64,000 nucleotides of DNA from Alphaproteobacteria bacterium (GTDB lineage Bacteria > Pseudomonadota > Alphaproteobacteria > GCA-2731375), in assembly GCA_021776235.1 (NCBI GenBank), contig JAJFGG010000010.1, positions 10,478-74,477 of the forward strand. Reading direction: 5' to 3'. Both the position numbers and the translations under genes were made by a program. Position 1 is the stretch's first letter. Every line of letters starts with the position of its first letter. Shown here piece by piece: positions 59,733 to 64,000 of the stretch. The notes beneath the pieces are model-generated. The model worked only from the letters and a program-made list of their open reading frames with translations, was not told the DNA's origin and did no database searches.

Positions 59733-61382
59733 ATGAGTATCCATTCAACAAGACGCTGCATGGTGACACAGGTGCAGGCGGCGCCAGTCCGAACCAGGCT
59801 GTCGGGTATTTTGGCAAAATCCGCTCTATGGTTGGGCCTTCTGCCCCTGGCACTGACGCCCTCATTCTCACACGCCATTCAGCCAGACGCCGAATATCTC
59901 GTCCGCGAAAAACAATTCGGCGATCAGTGGTCTGCCGAAGACAAGCAGGTCCAGAAAAAACTGACTGCACTTGAGGAGAAATTTGGCAAGAAGCCGAATA
60001 TCATCTTCATCCTGGCGGACGACATTGGCTACACCGAACTCGGGTCATACGGCGGCGGCAAGGTCCGAGGGTTTGCGACACCCCGCCTCGATGAGATGGC
60101 CGATGAGGGCATGCGCTTCCTACAGTTTTATTCCGAGCCATCTTGCACTCCCACGCGCGCGGCATTGATGAGCGGGCGGCATCCGGTACGGATGGGGCTT
60201 CTCGGCGTCCTGTTCCCTGGCACATCGGGCATGGGACTTGCAGATGAGGAATTGACCGTAGCGGAACTACTGTCCGGAGCGGGCTACCACACGGGCATGT
60301 TCGGCAAATGGCATCTGGGCAATGATCAGGGCATGACCCCTATCGAGCAAGGCTTCGACGAAGCCATTTGGCACGAAGGCAATGCACCCTGGTGGAGCCT
60401 CTATCACGGCGTCAAAGGCTCCGACAATGCCGGGTACGTCAACATTGGCGCTCTCTTTTGGGCACCGGGCCCAGATAACTTCTCTTACGACACCGGCGGA
60501 ATCCTGAGTGGCAAAAAGGGCGAGGCACCAAAGGTCGTCGAGCCATTTACCTTGGAAGGCTACGACACCATGGACTCCGACGTCGCCGATGACGTGATCG
60601 ATTTCGTCGAGCGGCATGCGGATAGCGACAGGCCGTTCTTCGCCTATTTCGCTGGAAAGGGAAATCACTTCTGGGGCGCGCATCCCGACTTCATGAACCA
60701 GCCCGCCGGCACCAACAACAGCGCGCAGATGGCCGAACACGACCACAACGTTGGACGGGTGCTCGACAAGCTGGAAGGACTCGGCATCGCGGATAACACG
60801 CTTGTCGTTTGGATGAGTGACAACGGACCGATGTATGCCATGCATCCGCACGGCGGCTATTCGCTGCTGCGCGGCGAAAAGGGCGACACTTGGGAGGGCG
60901 GCGTGCGTGTGCCCGCAATGGTCTGGTGGCCTGGCATGATCGAGGCGGGTCAGGAACCGGTCGACATCATCCAGGTGACCGACATGTTCACCACGGCGGC
61001 CGCCATTGCCGGGGTAAAGTCCGACATTCCCAGTGACCGTGTCACCGATGGTGTTGATCAACGCGCGCTCTTCCTTCTGGGCGAAGGCAAGTCCCGCCGC
61101 GACTACATCTTCCACTACAACAAAGAGAAGCTCGAAGCGGTGCGGAAGGACCAGCTTAAATTTCGCACCAAGCCTGAGAAGCATCACCACAATTGTTACA
61201 ACCTGCACCATGATCCCGATGAGCGTTATCCTGATTTGGCCCGCTATTGCCTATGGGCCGGCCCGGGGTTCGGCAAGATGATTCAGGATCATAAGGCGAT
61301 GATCGAGAAATTCCCGCATCGGGTTCAGAACGTCTATCAGCGTGAATTCGACTACCCATTCGATCCGAATCCAAACCAGTAG
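59733..61382 (+). CDS. arylsulfatase (Cys-type sulfatase family), second copy
   Basis: Signal peptide. Signature CTPTRAALMSGR. GKWHLG metal-binding region. GAAGGAG RBS upstream. Confidence 0.9.
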   Translation: MSIHSTRRCMVTQVQAAPVRTRLSGILAKSALWLGLLPLALTPSFSHAIQPDAEYLVREKQFGDQWSAEDKQVQKKLTALEEKFGKKPNIIFILADDIGYTELGSYGGGKVRGFATPRLDEMADEGMRFLQFYSEPSCTPTRAALMSGRHPVRMGLLGVLFPGTSGMGLADEELTVAELLSGAGYHTGMFGKWHLGNDQGMTPIEQGFDEAIWHEGNAPWWSLYHGVKGSDNAGYVNIGALFWAPGPDNFSYDTGGILSGKKGEAPKVVEPFTLEGYDTMDSDVADDVIDFVERHADSDRPFFAYFAGKGNHFWGAHPDFMNQPAGTNNSAQMAEHDHNVGRVLDKLEGLGIADNTLVVWMSDNGPMYAMHPHGGYSLLRGEKGDTWEGGVRVPAMVWWPGMIEAGQEPVDIIQVTDMFTTAAAIAGVKSDIPSDRVTDGVDQRALFLLGEGKSRRDYIFHYNKEKLEAVRKDQLKFRTKPEKHHHNCYNLHHDPDERYPDLARYCLWAGPGFGKMIQDHKAMIEKFPHRVQNVYQREFDYPFDPNPNQ

Positions 61383-61517
61383 TGCTACAGCCCAGCGGCA
61401 CGTGAACTTCGCGGGCCGCTGGGTTCTCACTGCCGCAAAAAATGTCACCCTACCTAAGAATATGGAAAGCCCCCATGAAAGTGAGTGAAATCAATAGTCT
61501 TGGAAGGAGCAGGTACT

Positions 61518-62966
61518 ATGTCTAAGGACGACGACCAACAGAATGATCAAGGACCATTCGAACCTCGTCGACGTAATTTCTTGAAGGCAAGCGCCGCAGT
61601 TGGCGGGGCGGCGACGACGGCTGCAATGTTAGGTGGCGCCTCGACGGCATCTTCTGCCACGGGCGATAACGAACAGAAAAACCCTTATGGCGACCGCCCG
61701 GGCGGCGGCATCAGTTTGCCGGATTACTACAAACCCTGGCCGGCGATCAAAAACCGCAATATGTACCTGCCAGGCACCGAAATCCTGCCGAAGAATGAAA
61801 TGCGGGTGACGTTTTTAGGGAGCTCTCCCTGGCCGCCGAACAGACTGCAAAAAGGCACTTCAATGCTGGTCGAGCTCGGCAACGGCACGTTGCAGCCCAG
61901 GCGCTTTTTCTTCGACCTTGGTAACGGCAGTATTGGCCACGCGATCGCCTTGCAGGTCCCCGCAGCGCTGATCAACGACATCTTCATCAGCCATCTGCAC
62001 GCCGATCATTTCGCTGATCTCCCCTACATGTATCCGTTTCGGGCTTTTTCGGGCGGATTTACGCCCTTGCGGGTATACGGCCCGTCCGGACGAACGCCGG
62101 AACTCGGAATCAAACACCTAGTGAAACACATGAAGGAGATGTGTCGCTGGCACGAAGAAAATTTCGACGCCTGCCCTATCGGCGACGGCTTCGATATCCA
62201 GGTTACCGAGTTCGATTGGAAAAAACGAAACGGCATCTGCTACGACAAGGACGGCGTGAAGGTGCGGCACTGGCCGCGCAGTCACGTGAAAGACGGCGCC
62301 TCGGCCTTTCGCCTTGATTGGGAAGAAGCCGGCTTGTCCTTCGTTTGGACCGGGGATGGCCGGCCGGACGAACTGTCCGCCGAATATGGCAAGGGCGCGG
62401 ATGTTTTTGTCACCGAAGGTACGATCGACACACCGGAACTTTCGGCGCTGAAGGTCGGCTCCCCGGCCGAGCTGTGGAAGTACACCATCGATATTTATCA
62501 CACCATGTATTACGCCGCTGGCTATCTGTTCAAACAGGCCCAACCGCGCATGGCCGCGATCTGCCATTTCGAATGGTCCGGCGATCAGCTTGCCGCCGAG
62601 TCTATTGCCGAGGTCAGGTCGCACTGGGACGGCCTGTTCATGTTCGGCATGGATCTCAAGGTCATCAACGTGACTAAAGATGCGATCTGGGCGCGGGATG
62701 CGGTGATCTCCGATGGTGCGGCACCTGCTTCGATGGATCCGCGCTGGTTCGTTCCGCCAGGCGAAAAACTGCCCGAAACAATCGAGTTCCCAACACCAAA
62801 AATACCGCGTGAAATGCAACAAGAGCAGTTCGTGCGTGATTTGGAGATTGATCCAAAGCTCTACTATCCGACCGGTGCCTATCGGCAACCAGTGCAGAAA
62901 TGGCCGGGTATCACCCTAAACCCGCGCGAGATGCTAAAAGCGAAGGGCATCAAGATAGACGAGTAG
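61518..62966 (+). CDS. Tat-secreted metallo-beta-lactamase-fold hydrolase
   Basis: Start MSKDDD with an AAGGAG RBS. Twin-arginine motif RRNFLKASAAVGGAATTAA. MBL motif ISHLHADHFADL (HxHxDH). Confidence 0.75.
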   Translation: MSKDDDQQNDQGPFEPRRRNFLKASAAVGGAATTAAMLGGASTASSATGDNEQKNPYGDRPGGGISLPDYYKPWPAIKNRNMYLPGTEILPKNEMRVTFLGSSPWPPNRLQKGTSMLVELGNGTLQPRRFFFDLGNGSIGHAIALQVPAALINDIFISHLHADHFADLPYMYPFRAFSGGFTPLRVYGPSGRTPELGIKHLVKHMKEMCRWHEENFDACPIGDGFDIQVTEFDWKKRNGICYDKDGVKVRHWPRSHVKDGASAFRLDWEEAGLSFVWTGDGRPDELSAEYGKGADVFVTEGTIDTPELSALKVGSPAELWKYTIDIYHTMYYAAGYLFKQAQPRMAAICHFEWSGDQLAAESIAEVRSHWDGLFMFGMDLKVINVTKDAIWARDAVISDGAAPASMDPRWFVPPGEKLPETIEFPTPKIPREMQQEQFVRDLEIDPKLYYPTGAYRQPVQKWPGITLNPREMLKAKGIKIDE

Positions 62967-62976
62967 CCCGAACATT

Positions 62977-63023
62977 TGCGTTGCCACCGGCTTTCCCAGC
63001 CGTCGCTGTTCGGTGGCAACGCA
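62977..63023. other. 13-bp perfect inverted repeat (TGCGTTGCCACCG-N21-CGGTGGCAACGCA), stem-loop just after the MBL gene
   Basis: Read directly. GC-rich stem. No U-tract follows. Confidence 0.5.
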
Positions 63024-63045
63024 TCAGGCCAACCACAGAGGATCT

Positions 63046-64000
63046 ATGATGAACATTGAATCGGGTAACATACTGGCCCCCGCGCCCCGTACCGATGTGA
63101 TTGCAATTGATGGGAGAGATCCGATCCCGGTAACGCTCCTGACCGGTTTTCTCGGTGCTGGGAAGACAACACTTTTGAACCGGATTCTCTCCGGCGATCA
63201 CGGGTTGAAGGTGGGGGTGCTGGTTAATGACTTCGGTGCGATTAATATCGATGCCGAACTCGTCGACGGTGTTGAAGAAAACACCATCAGCCTCACCAAC
63301 GGCTGTGTATGTTGTGAAATCCGCGATGATCTGGTCCGTTCTCTCGAGCAACTATTGACGAGAGAGGAGGCTGTTGACTATGTGCTTCTGGAAGCGAGCG
63401 GCGTCTCCGATCCGGAAGGGATTGTCATGACCTTTCTGGATAAAAGGTACGAAAAGCTGCTGCGACTGGACAGCATCACCTGCATCATCGATGCCGAAGG
63501 GATTTTCACGGACGGCGACAATGACGCGCTGAATAAACTTAAACTACGGCAGATTGGTTTTGCCGACCTGGTGGTGTTGAACAAGGTCGATCTGGTTGGT
63601 AGCGAGCATATCGAAGTGATCAGAGACTGGATTGATCAGCAGATCAACAGGATTAGGATAATCGAAGCTACTCAATGCGATGTGCCGTTGGAAATACTGC
63701 TCGCAGTCGGGCGTTTCGATCCGATCAACGCGATATCGAAGCCGGTTTTGGCAGACGGAAACTCCCATGCTCACGCCCATGCTCACGACCACGCCCATGC
63801 GGCCGCCAGCAATATGTTCGATACCTGGACTTTTGAAACCAGCCAACCGATCTCTCTTAGCGCATTACGGCAGATGATCCGAAAAGAGCTACCGGCATCT
63901 GTTTACCGCTGCAAAGGATTGGTGTTGACCTCTGAGGCGCCGAAAAAACGCTATGCTCTCCAGGCAGTTGGGAGACGGGCCGAGCTGATTGAGTTGGGTG
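63046..64000 (+). CDS. COG0523 / CobW-family G3E GTPase (putative zinc metallochaperone), 3' end beyond window
   Basis: Walker A GFLGAGKTTLLNRIL. CxCC motif GCVCCE. His-rich stretch HAHAHAHDHAHAA. AGAGGA RBS. The ORF runs off the window end, so it is absent from the ORF track. Confidence 0.8.
   Translation, partial: MMNIESGNILAPAPRTDVIAIDGRDPIPVTLLTGFLGAGKTTLLNRILSGDHGLKVGVLVNDFGAINIDAELVDGVEENTISLTNGCVCCEIRDDLVRSLEQLLTREEAVDYVLLEASGVSDPEGIVMTFLDKRYEKLLRLDSITCIIDAEGIFTDGDNDALNKLKLRQIGFADLVVLNKVDLVGSEHIEVIRDWIDQQINRIRIIEATQCDVPLEILLAVGRFDPINAISKPVLADGNSHAHAHAHDHAHAAASNMFDTWTFETSQPISLSALRQMIRKELPASVYRCKGLVLTSEAPKKRYALQAVGRRAELIELG

Noticed and set aside
1-64000. Search for tRNA, rRNA, CRISPR repeats, integrase/transposase/recombinase, toxin-antitoxin, phage genes
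   Set aside because: No T-loop/anticodon-arm patterns, no rRNA-like conserved stretches, and no short regularly spaced repeats found. No ORF showed integrase (R..H..R..Y), transposase DDE or reverse-transcriptase motifs. The islet at 46.4-51.2 kb therefore appears to lack its own mobility genes.

Overview
This is a high-GC (roughly 60-65%) proteobacterial chromosomal segment. The gene content (infA-maf-rng-yacG cluster, glnD, several Dpp/Opp-type ABC systems) suggests an alphaproteobacterium, but that is inference only. Almost all of the window is coding, and I saw no rRNA, tRNA or CRISPR array.

Main blocks:
- 1-3.3 kb: a patatin-like lipoprotein and a Cys-type arylsulfatase.
- 3.7-13.6 kb: one long minus-strand operon. 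Order is type-III CoA-transferase, two permeases, substrate-binding protein (SBP), two ATPases, a TetR regulator, then an AMP-dependent acyl-CoA synthetase.
- 13.8-19.2 kb: a second peptide/nickel-type ABC system whose two ATPase genes lie on the opposite strand to the SBP and permeases.
- 19.4-22.6 kb: an ICL/PEP-mutase-family protein, an FAD flavoprotein and a second ICL/PEP-mutase-family protein, with the last two translationally coupled.
- 22.7-30.1 kb: a PNPOx-FNR fusion oxidoreductase, a LysR remnant, a DUF488 protein, a CXXXXC disulfide reductase, a YeeE/YedE-like protein, and a divergent AraC/MFS pair.
- 30.4-33.1 kb: a multi-PAS hybrid histidine kinase.
- 33.1-46.4 kb: conserved housekeeping genes (yacG, rng, maf, infA, two DUF465 proteins, a GGDEF protein, purEK, pyrD, maeB, mutS, a GNAT).

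The most unusual region is 46.39-51.26 kb, directly downstream of mutS-GNAT. It starts with a scar joining a 94-bp copy of the 3' end of the SDR gene to a diverged, stop-interrupted copy of the last ~490 bp of mutS. The two pieces meet at a ~9-14-bp microhomology. Next comes a ~3.5-kb low-GC islet carrying:
- a frameshifted kdsA remnant;
- a polytopic membrane protein;
- a hypothetical 262-aa protein;
- a small protein encoded by three 84-bp tandem repeats;
- a ~230-bp extremely AT-rich divergent control region.

The region ends with a degraded second copy of the GNAT gene that overlaps the intact SDR gene convergently. I read this as a signature of homology-facilitated illegitimate recombination, bringing in a possible repeat-peptide, putative tailoring-protein and exporter module of unknown function.

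Further downstream are tandem SDR paralogs, glnD, a wHTH-TPR regulator, a second sulfatase with a coupled 14-codon uORF, a Tat-secreted MBL hydrolase, and a His-rich COG0523 GTPase cut off by the window end.
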